Shown here: positions 19,247 to 29,570 of the stretch, one piece after another
Layout: every line of letters starts with the position of its first letter
How positions within the stretch are numbered: the first letter of the stretch is position 1
NCBI GenBank assembly: GCA_963816395.1
Contig: CAWFKQ010000001.1
Coordinates: 32,001-96,000, forward strand
DNA from: an uncultured delta proteobacterium
Lineage (GTDB): Bacteria; Desulfobacterota; Desulfuromonadia; Desulfuromonadales; JACZKF01
DNA length: 64,000 nucleotides
Direction of reading: 5' to 3'
The notes under the pieces: model-generated
Databases searched by the model: none
What the model saw: only the letters and a program-made list of their open reading frames with translations
What the model was told of the DNA's origin: nothing
Position numbers and translations under genes: made by a program

Positions 19247-21930
19247 ATGACCCCGTTCGCCAATGTCAGTCCGCAGTGGATTGAGGCGCAGTACCGGTTG
19301 TGGCGGGAAGCGCCGGAGCAGCTTCCCGCTGAGTGGCGGGCCTTTTTTCGCGGTTTCGGGCTCGGGCAGGAGGGAGAACCGACTGCCGCGACGGCGCTGG
19401 AATGCAGCAAGCAGTCCGCGGTGGATTCCCTTATTTACCGCTACCGGGACATCGGGCATCTGCTGGCCTGCACCGATCCCCTTTCCCCTTGTCCGACCGA
19501 GCATCCGCTCCTCTCCCTCTCGGCCTTTGGCCTGGAGGAGGCGGACCTGGACCGCACCTTTCATCCCCTGCGCTATCTGAAACCGAGCGCCACTCTGCGG
19601 GAAATCGTCGAAATGATGCGGGAGACCTACTGCCGCTCGATCGGCGTCGAGTACATGCACATCCAGGAGCCGGCGGAACGCCAGTGGCTGAAGGATCGCA
19701 TGGAGCCCCGGCGCAACCGACCGGCATTTTCCCGCAAAATGAAGCTGCAGATCCTGGAGAAACTGCAGGAGGCGACCCTCTTCGAACAGTTCCTGCACCG
19801 CAAGTTCATCGGCCAGAAGCGATTCTCCCTGGAAGGGGGGGAAGTGCTCATCCCGCTGCTGGAGTGGGTGGTGCGCCAGGCAGCCTCAAGCGGGGTGCGG
19901 ACCCTGATCCTCGGTATGCCGCACCGGGGCCGGCTGAACGTCCTGGCCACCCTCTTCAACCGTCCTCTCCCCAATATCTTCGCCGAATTCGAAGACAACC
20001 TGGAATTCGGTTTCGTCGGCGAGGGGGATGTCAAATATCACAGGGGATTCTCCACCGACCGCAGCTTCCCGGACGGCAGCCGGATCCACCTGAGCATGGC
20101 CTCCAATCCCAGCCACCTGGAGGCGGTCGACCCGGTGGTGGAAGGGAAATGCCGGGCCCGCCAGGGCGGCTACGGGGAGGAAGGGGCGGGCAAGGTGCTG
20201 CCGCTGCTGCTGCACGGCGACGCCGCCTTCGCCGGCCAGGGAATGGTGGCCGAGACTCTCAACCTCTCCCAGCTGGAAGGTTTCAGTACCGGCGGCACCC
20301 TGCACGTGGTCCTCAACAACCAGATCGGCTTCACCACCGTGCCCGAGGATGCCCGTTCCACGCGCTACGCCACCGATGTGGCGAAGATGCTCTCGGTCCC
20401 CATCTTCCATGTCCACGGCGAAGATCCGGAAGCGGTCCTGTTCACCGCCGGCCTGGCTCTTGAATACCGCCAGGCTTTTCGCCGGGATGTGGTGGTGGAG
20501 GTGATCTGCTACCGCCGGCAGGGACACAACGAGGGCGACGAGCCCTATTTTACCCAGCCGCTGATGTACGAGAAGATCAAGGGTCGCCCCCCTCTGGCCG
20601 AGATCTATGCCGACCGCCTGCGGGAAGAGGGGGTGTCAGAGGAAACGATCGAGGCGCAGACCGAGGCGATGCGGCGCCGGCTGGAGACATCTCTCGATGG
20701 TCAGGCCGGCCTCGCCGATCTGGTCGGTTACCGGGGGAAATGGCACGACATCGAGCGGGACTGGCAGCCTTCGCCGGTCGCCACCGGGGTGGAGAGGGAG
20801 CAGCTGCGGCAGCTGATGGAAGAGCTGACGGCGATCCCCGAGGGCTTTTCCCCGCACCCGAAGATTGCCAAGACAGATGGATCGGCGGCTGGGAAACGGT
20901 GCAGGCGGGGGAGGGGATCGACTGGGCAACCGGCGAGGCTTTGGCTTTTGCTTCCCTGCTCGCCGAAGGGACCCCGGTGCGTTTTTCCGGCCAGGATTCG
21001 CGGCGCGGCACTTTCAGCCAGCGTCATGCCGTGCTTTTCGATGTCCACACCGGCGGCAGTTATTGCCCCTTTCAGGCCGTGACCGCCGAGGGAGCCGGTT
21101 TCCAGATCTACGACAGCATGCTGTCGGAGGCGGCGGTCCTCGGCTTCGAATACGGCTATTCCCTGGAGAGCCCGCACGGACTCACCCTCTGGGAGGCGCA
21201 GTTCGGCGATTTCGCCAACGGTGCCCAGGTCATCATCGACCAGTTCATCGTCAGCAGCCAGACCAAGTGGGACCGGGTCAGCGGCCTGGTCCTTCTTCTG
21301 CCGCACGGGTATGAAGGGCAGGGGGCGGAGCATTCGAGCGCCCGCATCGAGCGCTTCCTGCAGCTGTGCGCCGACGACAACATCCAGGTGGCCTATCCCT
21401 CCACCCCCGCTCAGTACTTTCACCTGCTGCGGCGGCAGGTCAGGCAGCCCTTTCGCCGACCGCTGGTCGTCTTCACTCCCAAGGCCCTGCTGCGGCTCCC
21501 CCGGTGCACCTCCCGCCTGGAGGATTTCGCCGGGGAGTTCCGGGAAATCCTCCCGCCCGAAAACGCTCCGGCGCAGACCAGAATTCTCCTGCTCTGCACC
21601 GGCAAGATCTACTATGACCTGCTGGAAAAACGGCAGAAGGACGAGCGTCAGGATGTGGCACTGATGCGGATCGAACAGCTTTATCCCCTGCGCTCCGATC
21701 TGCTGGAAAAGGCGCTGGAGCCTTTCCGCCGGGCGGAAAAGATCGCCTGGGTGCAGGAGGAACCGCGCAATGCCGGCGCCTGGGGTTTCCTGCGCTCCCA
21801 ACTGGCTGATCTGCTGGGGCGGGAGCCGGAATTCATCGGCCGGCCGGCGGCGGCTTCCCCCGCCGTCGGTTCGCACCGGCTGCACAACAGCGAGCAGGCG
21901 GAAATTCTGGAGAAAGCATTTTTGCCGTGA
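19247..21930 (+). CDS. sucA: 2-oxoglutarate dehydrogenase E1 (frameshift near 20875)
   Basis: KRFSLEGGE, GMPHRGRLN, GDVKYH, NPSHLE, HGDAAF, GQDSRRGTFSQRH, WEAQFGDF, WVQEEPRN. Confidence 0.95.
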
Positions 21931-21973
21931 AATAGGACCACGGTCCGATCTTTTGCCCCACAGGAGCAAGACC

Positions 21974-23130
21974 ATGGAGATAAAAGTCCCCGAAGTCGGC
22001 GAATCAGTGCATGAGGCGACCATCGCCAAGTGGCATAAGCAGGACGGTGAGGCAGTCCATAAGGACGATCTGCTCTGCGAGCTGGAGACGGACAAGATCA
22101 CCCTGGAACTGAACGCCGATGGCGACGGGGTGCTGGCCATCGAGATCGGGGAGGGGGAGTCGGTCGACGTCGGTGCCGTCATCGGCCGGATCGAAGAAGG
22201 GGCCGCCCCGGCGGAAGAGAAACCGGCGGCGGAAATGAAGCCGGAAAAGAAAGAGGAAAAAAGGCCGGAAGAGACAAAAGAGGGGAAAAAAGCCGAAAGG
22301 AAAACACCGGCTCCGGCCGAAGCGCCGCCGCCGGCAACGGCAGCCCGGCGGGAGGCGAGGGAAGAGAAGCGGGAGGAAGCGCGGCGGGAGACCCCGCCCC
22401 CCCGCCCGAAGCGCCGCCGGCCACGGAGGAAGGACGGGTCACCCGGCAGCCGATGAGCGCCATCCGCCGGCGCATCGCCGAGCGGCTGGTCGCGGTGCGG
22501 CAGCAAACGGCCATGCTCACCACTTTTAACGAAGCCGACCTGGGGCGGGTCCTCGAGCTGCGCCGCAAGCACAAGGAGAGCTTTCAGAAAAAGCACGGCG
22601 TCGGCCTGGGCCTGATGTCCTTCTTCGTCAAGGCGGCCGTCGAAGCGCTCAAGGAATACCCGGAGGTCAATGCCCGCATCGACGGGAGCGATATCCTCCT
22701 GCAGCATTTCTACGATCTCGGCATCGCCGTCGGCACCAGCCGCGGCCTGGTGGTGCCGGTGCTGCGCGACGCCGACCGCCTGCATTTCGCCGAGATCGAG
22801 CGGCAGATCCGGGATTTCGCGGAGAAGGCCGAGAACGGCAAGCTCTCCCTCGATGATCTGGAGGGGGGGACATTCACCATCAGCAATGGGGGGGTGTACG
22901 GCTCCATGCTCAGCACGCCCATCCTCAACCCGCCGCAGAGCGGTGTGCTCGGCATGCATGCCATACAGGAAAGGCCGGTGGCCCGGGGCGGGCAGATGGT
23001 CATCCGCCCGATGATGTATCTGGCCCTCTCCTACGACCACCGGCTCATCGACGGCCGCCAAGCTGTCGGTTTCCTCAAGCGGATCCGGGATGTCATAGAG
23101 GAGCCGGAGGAGATGTTGTTGGAACTTTAA
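21974..23130 (+). CDS. sucB: Dihydrolipoamide succinyltransferase E2 (frameshift in linker)
   Basis: Lipoyl domain [36 protein letters not shown]. Confidence 0.95.
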
Positions 23131-23132
23131 TA

Positions 23133-23267
23133 CAATTCTGAATTATGAATTCTGAATTTTGAATTGAAGATCGTAACCTTGTTCCCATTGGATAGAGGTT
23201 CACCGGACTCGCTAGCTTTATGGTTTTTAGCCTTAATTCAAAATCTAAAATTCAAAATTCAAAATTT
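23133..23267. repeat. AT-rich heptamer repeats in inverted arrangement between convergent genes
   Basis: (AATTCTG/AATTATG/AATTTTG)n at 23133-23165 and (CAAAATT)n at 23238-23267. Confidence 0.7.
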
Positions 23268-23268
23268 A

Positions 23269-23673
23269 TTATGTCTCTACCGCGATGGGATGGTCGGTGT
23301 GGGGTCCGTGGGAGAATTCCAGGACATCTTCCACCCGCACCGTCATCCGCGTCTCCACCTGCGGCAGCCCCGGTTCCTCGATCTCCGGGGCGTAACCGTT
23401 GAGGATCCCCACTTCCGAGGTGTTTTCCACCCGGCACAGCAGCTGATAACCGGCTCCGGTGCCGGGGTCGACCACCACCACCGCCAGGCGCGGCACCTCG
23501 GCCACGTTCTCCAGGGTCTTGCGGCAGAACCAGGCTTCGAAGATCAGGTGATGCGGATCGGTAACCTTTAGCCCGCCGCCGGCCGCCAGATGCGGGCGCG
23601 CCCGCTGGTCGGCCGAAGCGACATAGGCGTAATTGATCTCTTCGATAAAGCGCTTCATCTTGTCGGAAATCAT
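23269..23673 (-). CDS. Pyridoxamine 5'-phosphate oxidase-like FMN-binding protein
   Basis: YVASADQRARPH, KTLENV, GYQL motifs. Confidence 0.75.
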   Translation of the reverse strand: MISDKMKRFIEEINYAYVASADQRARPHLAAGGGLKVTDPHHLIFEAWFCRKTLENVAEVPRLAVVVVDPGTGAGYQLLCRVENTSEVGILNGYAPEIEEPGLPQVETRMTVRVEDVLEFSHGPHTDHPIAVET

Positions 23674-24623
23674 GGTCTCCTCACAGTCTCGTCCAGCAGG
23701 GACTCCAGGAAGCGCTCGGCCTGCATGGCGGCCATGCAGCCCGAACCGGCGGCGGTGATCGCCTGGCGAAAATGCGGGTCCTGCACATCGCCGGCGGCGA
23801 ATACCCCGGGGACGCTGGTCTCCGTGAAGTTGTGGGTAACCAGGTAGCCTTCTTCGTCCATTTCCAGCTGACCGCTGAACAGGCCCGTATTCGGGGTATG
23901 GCCGATAGCGACGAAAACGCCGTCGCAGGGGAAATCCTCTTCCCGGCCGCTGGGCAGGTGCTGCAGACGCACGCCGGTAACCCCCATTTTATCCTCTAGA
24001 ATGGCGGTGACCAGGGTCTCCCAGCGGATGCTGATGCGCGGGTTGTTCAGTGCCCGTTGCTGCAGGGTGGGGGTGGCGCGCAGGATGTCGCGCCGGTGCG
24101 CCACCGTGACCCGGCGGGCGAAGCGGGTGAGAAATATCGCTTCCTCGATCGCCGTATCCCCGCCGCCGACCACCACCACCTCCTTGTCCCGGTAGAAAAA
24201 GGCATCGCAGGTGGCGCAGACGGAGACACCGCGCCCGTAGAGGCGCCACTCGTTTTCCAGACCGAGCATCTTCGGGGAAGCGCCGGTGCTGATGATCAGG
24301 GTTTCTCCCCTGTAGATCTCCTCCCCCACCCGGACGCGGAAAGGCCGCTCCCGCAACTCCACCCCGGTCACTTCCCCTTCAACAAAGCGGGTGCCGAAGC
24401 GCTCCGCCTGCCGACGCATGTTCTCCATCAGGGTGGGGCCATCCACCCCCTCGGGAAAGCCGGGGAAGTTCTCGATCACCGTGGTGGTGGTCAGCTGTCC
24501 GCCCGGTTGGGCACCGTCGATGAGCAGGGGACAGCAGCGGCTGCGGGCGGCGTAAATGGCGGCGGTAAGGCCTGAGGGGCCGGAGCCGAGGATGATCGTT
24601 TCGTGTACCCCCTCAACCTCCAT
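23670..24623 (-). CDS. trxB: Thioredoxin reductase
   Basis: GSGPSG, GGQL, CATCD, GGGDTA, AIGH.PNT, FAAGDV. Confidence 0.96.
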   Translation of the reverse strand: MEVEGVHETIILGSGPSGLTAAIYAARSRCCPLLIDGAQPGGQLTTTTVIENFPGFPEGVDGPTLMENMRRQAERFGTRFVEGEVTGVELRERPFRVRVGEEIYRGETLIISTGASPKMLGLENEWRLYGRGVSVCATCDAFFYRDKEVVVVGGGDTAIEEAIFLTRFARRVTVAHRRDILRATPTLQQRALNNPRISIRWETLVTAILEDKMGVTGVRLQHLPSGREEDFPCDGVFVAIGHTPNTGLFSGQLEMDEEGYLVTHNFTETSVPGVFAAGDVQDPHFRQAITAAGSGCMAAMQAERFLESLLDETVRRP

Positions 24624-25479
24624 CAACGGCCTCCGCGTACTGCTCTTCGGCATGGTAGGAGGAGCGTACCAGCGGCCCCGCCTCGACGTGGCGGAAGCCG
24701 AACTCCAGGGCCTGGCGGCGCCAGTCGGCGAACTCGGCCGGGGGAGCGAAGCGGGCCACCGGGTGGTGGTCTCGGCTGGGGGCGAGATACTGGCCGAGGG
24801 TGAGGAGGGAGACCCCGGCCCGGCGCAGCGCCGTCAGCGTCTCCAGCACTTCCTCCGGCGTTTCGCCCAGTCCGAGCATGATCCCCGATTTGGTCGCGAG
24901 CTCCGGGGCCATATCCCTGGCGAGCGCCAGCAGCTGCAGAGAGCGTTCATAGAAGGCGCCGCGCCGGACGGCAGGGTAGAGGCGGGGAACGGTTTCCAGG
25001 TTGTGCCCGAGGATGTCGGGGGCGGCGGCGAGGATTGTCGCCAGGGCCCGGCGGTCGCCGGCGAGATCGGAGATCAGCAGTTCCACCCGGCAATCCGGGG
25101 CCGCCTGCCTGATCGCCCCGGTGACCGCGGCGAAGTGGGCGGCGCCGCCGTCGGCCAGGTCGTCGCGGGTGACGGTGGTGATTACCGCATGGCGCAGGCC
25201 GAGCTCTGCCACCGCGCGGGCGATCTTCGCCGGTTCGGCGGGATCGGGGGGGAGGGGCGAGCCGTCACGCACGTTGCAGAAGGCGCAGCCGCGGGTGCAG
25301 ATATCCCCGAGGATCATGAAAGTGGCGGTGCCGCGGCTCCAGCATTCTCCCTGGTTGGGGCAGGCGGCGCTGCGGCAGACCGAGCGCAGCCCCTCCTGCC
25401 GGTGCCAGCGGTCAATGCGGGCGTAATTGGGGCCGGCGGGAAAGCGGACCTTAAGCCAGTCGGGCTTACGAGATTTCAT
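24613..25479 (-). CDS. lipA: Lipoyl synthase
   Basis: CRSAACPNQGEC, CTRGCAFC, HNLETV, RSSY. Confidence 0.96.
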   Translation of the reverse strand: MKSRKPDWLKVRFPAGPNYARIDRWHRQEGLRSVCRSAACPNQGECWSRGTATFMILGDICTRGCAFCNVRDGSPLPPDPAEPAKIARAVAELGLRHAVITTVTRDDLADGGAAHFAAVTGAIRQAAPDCRVELLISDLAGDRRALATILAAAPDILGHNLETVPRLYPAVRRGAFYERSLQLLALARDMAPELATKSGIMLGLGETPEEVLETLTALRRAGVSLLTLGQYLAPSRDHHPVARFAPPAEFADWRRQALEFGFRHVEAGPLVRSSYHAEEQYAEAVDGG

Positions 25480-25500
25480 ACCGGAAAAAACCTTAATGGT

Positions 25501-25581
25501 TTAATGCGGAGGCGCAGAGGCGCTGAGGACGTAAAACCTGGGACAATCGATTCTCACCGCGTCTCCGCGCCTCTGCATTAA
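25501..25581. repeat. Intergenic long inverted repeat (REP-like)
   Basis: TTAATGCGGAGGCGCAGAG...CTCCGCGCCTCTGCATTAA. Confidence 0.65.
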
Positions 25582-26270
25582 GGCCCCCGCAGGCCCTGGC
25601 GAACAGCTCCGGGTCCATAGTCATACAGTCCGGCATGTTCGCAGTCAAAGACCTCGACAAAGGCGGCGATGATCGCTTCCTCCACCTCGGGTAGGAGCAC
25701 GGGCCGGCCAAGGAGGCGTTCCATCGACGTCATCCTCACCCCCTGGAGCCCGCAGGGGACGATGGCGGAAAAACCGGACAGATCGGCGGCAAGGTTGAGG
25801 GCGAAGCCATGCCAGCTTATCCAATGACGGACCGCGACGCCGATGGAGGCGATCTTTTCCCCCTTCACCCAGACCCCGGTTTTGCCGACGGCCCGCTCAC
25901 CGGTCACGCCGAAAACGTCCAAAGTCCGGATCAGCACCTCTTCCAGGCGGCGCAGGTGGCGGTGCAGGTCGCGCCCGTGGGGCTGCAGATCGACAATCGG
26001 ATAACCGACCAGCTGCCCCGGGCCGTGAAAGGTCACGCCGCCGCCCCGCCCAGTCTCCGCCACCTCGATGCCGTACCGCGCCAGCTCTTCCGGCGGCAGG
26101 AGCAGGTGCCCCGGACGGGCTCTCCGGCCGCAGGTGATCACCGGCGGATGCTCCAGGAGGATGAGAATATCTTCCTCCTCCCGGCGGCGGCGGTCAAGGA
26201 GGAATTCCTGCAGCGCGACGGCCTCCCGATAGGGAAGCCGTCCCGGGCACAGGGTGCGGAAGCGGCGGGC
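25578..26270 (-). CDS. lipB: Octanoyltransferase; start codon not resolved
   Basis: LLEHPPVIT, RGGGVTFHGPGQLVGYPI, KIASIG, HGFALN, IVPCG. Confidence 0.9.
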   Translation of the reverse strand, partial: ARRFRTLCPGRLPYREAVALQEFLLDRRRREEEDILILLEHPPVITCGRRARPGHLLLPPEELARYGIEVAETGRGGGVTFHGPGQLVGYPIVDLQPHGRDLHRHLRRLEEVLIRTLDVFGVTGERAVGKTGVWVKGEKIASIGVAVRHWISWHGFALNLAADLSGFSAIVPCGLQGVRMTSMERLLGRPVLLPEVEEAIIAAFVEVFDCEHAGLYDYGPGAVRQGLRGP

Positions 26271-26302
26271 GCCGGGGCGGTCGGCCCGACCCGGCGCGCC
26301 GG

Positions 26303-26491
26303 CTATTCCCAGTGGATGCAGGAGACCGGACAGGAGTCGATCGCCTCCTGGATTTTCTCCTCGGGGGCGCCGGTGGGATCGTAGACTTCGGCCAGGCCGT
26401 CATCGTCCATGCGGAAGACTTCCGGAACGGTGTCCACGCACAGGTTGCAGCTGATGCAGACGTCCTTGTCGACGTAGGGGGTCTTGGCCAT
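26303..26491 (-). CDS. Single-cluster ferredoxin
   Basis: CISCNLC...CPVSCI. Confidence 0.92.
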   Translation of the reverse strand: MAKTPYVDKDVCISCNLCVDTVPEVFRMDDDGLAEVYDPTGAPEEKIQEAIDSCPVSCIHWE

Positions 26492-26505
26492 CGGGGATCT
26501 CCTTT

Positions 26506-26664
26506 TTAGATTTTTTCAAAGTTTGATTGATCGGCGCCGCACAGCGGGCAGACCCAATCGGCAGGCAGTTCCGTGAAGGGGGTTCCGGGATCGACGCCGT
26601 TGGCGGGATCCCCTTCGGCCGGATCATAGATGTAGTCGCAAATCAGACAACGGTACCTGTCCAT
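26506..26664 (-). CDS. Rubredoxin
   Basis: [10 protein letters not shown]...[17 protein letters not shown]. Confidence 0.95.
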   Translation of the reverse strand: MDRYRCLICDYIYDPAEGDPANGVDPGTPFTELPADWVCPLCGADQSNFEKI

Positions 26665-26865
26665 TCCATTCTCCTCCTGCTGGCATGTTGGATCGGTGGA
26701 TCGGGCGAAATGCACGGGTGTAAGTGTAGACGATTTCTTCCCGCCCGCAAGGCGCCCCCCAGCAAAACCCTGCAGGTGGGTCAGGGACCGGCTGATAATT
26801 GTTGGCCTTAATTTAGTGGGAGGAAAAGAATGTAAAACAGTACTTCGGGATCCAGATGAAATCTG

Positions 26866-27055
26866 TCAGAGAATGCCGTTGCAACAGCGGCGGATGGCAG
26901 CCAGAAACTCCCGTGCCTGTTCGACCGCCATAATCGCGTCATCATCCGTCGGTGCGACCATATCCTTGTAATCGGCAACCTGGCGGGCATCGAAGAGTTG
27001 ATGAAGCATCCGGGAATATCGCGTGTCCAGTTTGCCCGTGCGTACAAATTCCCGG
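26866..27055 (-). pseudogene. HEPN-domain C-terminal fragment
   Basis: Manual translation REFVRTGKLDTRYSRMLHQLFDARQVADYKD...AVEQAREFL; no 5' part. Confidence 0.65.
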
Positions 27056-29196
27056 TATTGAAATTTCCTGTTACTGTGAAATTTTCACCCGTGTCGGGGC
27101 GAGTTAAATAAAATACCATTTTCATTCCATTGTCGACCATAGGAAGTGACAGGGTAACTTGTATTCCAACACTTTCGCCTAGAACTATTTCATCTCCTCC
27201 CAGCAAAGACGCATCTTCGGTAAATGTAATCAAATCAATGCCACTGTAGAATTCTGCACGGTAGCAGATGAAAGGTCCCGTAGAGTTGTTTTTTATAGTT
27301 GCAGAAAATACAGAGCCAGCTTGCCAATAGTTGCCAACTTGCACTCCGCTCGAAGAAGTTGATACAGAAAATAGTTGAGAATAATCCGAATAGCTATTGA
27401 TGGTAATTGCATCTTCCAAACTACTCACCAGACCATCATCAACGATCAATTTCAGCACGTAAGTGCCGTCCATATCAGCAGTGAAAGTGGGATTAGCGGC
27501 AGCCGGGTCCGACAGGGTCGCCGTGCTGCCGGCCGGCAGTGAGATAGGAAGGTCCAGCTATAGGTCAGCTGATCGCCCTCAGATCGGAGTGGCGCTACCA
27601 TCCAAGGTGACAACAGCGCCGGTCGCCACGCTCTGGTCGGCACCCGCATTGGCGACAGGCGCCGAATTGGCTGTGGCCGCCGTGATGGTGACGGAGTCCG
27701 TCTGGCTGCTCACAGTGCCGTCATTGATGGACAGGCTCAGCACGTAGGTGCCGTCCAGATCAGCGGTTAAGGTGGGTTTGGCAATGGCCGGATCCGACAG
27801 AGCCGCAGAGCTGCCGGCTGGCCGTGAAGTAAAGGCCCAGCTGTAGGTCAGCTGATCGCCGTCGGCATCCGAGCTTTTGCTGCCGTCGAGAGTCACCAAG
27901 CTGCCGGTCGCTACATTTTGGTCGGGACCGGCATTGGCCACAGGAGCTGAGTTGGCAGTGGCCGCCGTGATGGTGACGGAATCGGCCTGGCTGCTCACAG
28001 TGCCGTCATTGACGGTCACGCTCAGCACGTAGGTGCCGTCCAGATCGGCGGTGAAGGTGGGTTTGGCAACGCTCGGGTCGGAGAGGCCTGCAGAGCTGCC
28101 CGTGGGCTTGGAGCTGATCATCCAGCTGTAGGTCAGCTGATCGCCGTCGGCATCCGAGCTGGCGCTGCCGTCGAGGGTCACGAGGCTGCCGGTCGCCACG
28201 TTCTGGTCGGCACCCGCATTGGCGACAGGCGCCGAATTGGCTGTGGCCGCCGTGATGGTGACGGAGTCCGTCTGGCTGCTCACAGTGCCGTCATTGATGG
28301 ACAGGCTCAGCACGTAGGTGCCGTCCAGATCAGCGGTGAAGGTGGGTTTGGCAATGGCCGGATCCGACAGAGCCAGCAGAGCTGCCGGCTGGCCGTGAAG
28401 TAAAGGCCCAGCTGTAGGTCAGCTGATCGCCGTCGGCATCCGAGCTTTTGCTGCCGTCGAGAGTCACCAAGCTGCCGGTCGCTACATTTTGGTCGGGACC
28501 GGCATTGGCCACAGGAGCTGAGTTGGCAGTGGCCGCCGTGATGGTGACGGAATCGGCCTGGCTGCTCACAGTGCCGTCATTGACGGTCACGCTCAGCACG
28601 TAGGTGCCGTCCAGATCGGCGGTGAAGGTGGGTTTGGCAACGCTCGGGTCGGAGAGGCCTGCAGAGCTGCCCGTGGGCTTGGAACTGATCATCCAGCTGT
28701 AGGTCAGCTGATCGCCGTCGGCATCCGAGCTGGCGCTGCCGTCGAGGGTCACGAGGCTGCCGGTCGCCACGTTCTGGTCGGCACCCGCATTGGCGACAGG
28801 CGCCGAGTTTCCAAAGGCTGCTGTAATCGTGACGGAATCCGCCTGGCTGCTTACAGTGCTGTCATTGACGGTCAGGCTCAGCACGTAGGTGCCGTCCAGG
28901 TCGGCAGTGAAGGTGGGCTTTGCAATTGCCGGGTCCGACAGGGTTGACGTGCTGCCTGCCGGCCGTGAAGTGAAGGCCCAGTTGTAGGTCAGTTGGTCGC
29001 CGTCGGCATCGGAGCTGGCGCTGCCGTCCAGCATGACAAGTGTGCCGGTCGTTACGCTCTGGTCGGTGCCTGCCTTGGCAACGGGAGCAGTATTGCCCGA
29101 ATCCCCACCGTCCCCGGAAGGACTATCCGAGCCTCCCCCCCGCCGCATCCAGCCAGCAATATCAATGCAACCAAAACAAACCACCATTTTTTCATA
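27050..29196 (-). CDS. Surface (lipo)protein with six tandem PKD/Ig-like domains, frameshifted
   Basis: Six ~95-aa repeats N(S/T)APVA.AG.DQ.V.TG..V.LDGS.SSDADGDQLTY.W...DLDGTYVL; likely N-terminal lipobox LAGCG followed by a Gly/Ser linker. Confidence 0.8.
27633..28806. repeat. Near-identical 570-bp tandem duplication (two PKD domains per unit)
   Basis: CTGGTCGGCACCCGCATTGGCGACAGGCGCCGA recurs at ~27633, ~28203 and ~28774. Confidence 0.85.
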
Positions 29197-29423
29197 CCTT
29201 CCTCCCTCGTTTGGGCATGCGCCCTTCCATTGAGAGGGAGAAAGTCGGGTCATCGCGATCCATCAATCCCCCCTCGGATAAACCAGCATTCGCGAATATC
29301 GCACAATAGCAATATCCCACCTGACCTCTTTGGAATTTCTCATAATAGTTTGGGGATTGCGAAGAATCAAGGTCAAATTTTCCCATCTTGGGAAATCGAG
29401 GACTCACGGCCAATATCCGGGGC

Positions 29424-29570
29424 ATGAAGTCAATTTATGACCCGCGCTATGTAGCTATTATCAAACATCTCCGGCGGGTACGCCAAGCTCGGCATATTAC
29501 CCAGCAGGAGCTTGTGAAAAAGCTCGGTCGGCCGATGTCCTATATGACCAAGGTGGAGACTTTGGAGCGG
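29424..29570 (+). pseudogene. XRE-family HTH gene, 3' truncated
   Basis: MKSIYDPRYVAIIKHLRRVRQARHITQQELVKKLGRPMSYMTKVETLER then runs into the antisense of gltB. Confidence 0.7.

Noticed and set aside
19247..23130. Programmed frameshifting in sucA/sucB
   Set aside because: No clear slippery site; similar indels occur throughout the window, consistent with sequencing error.
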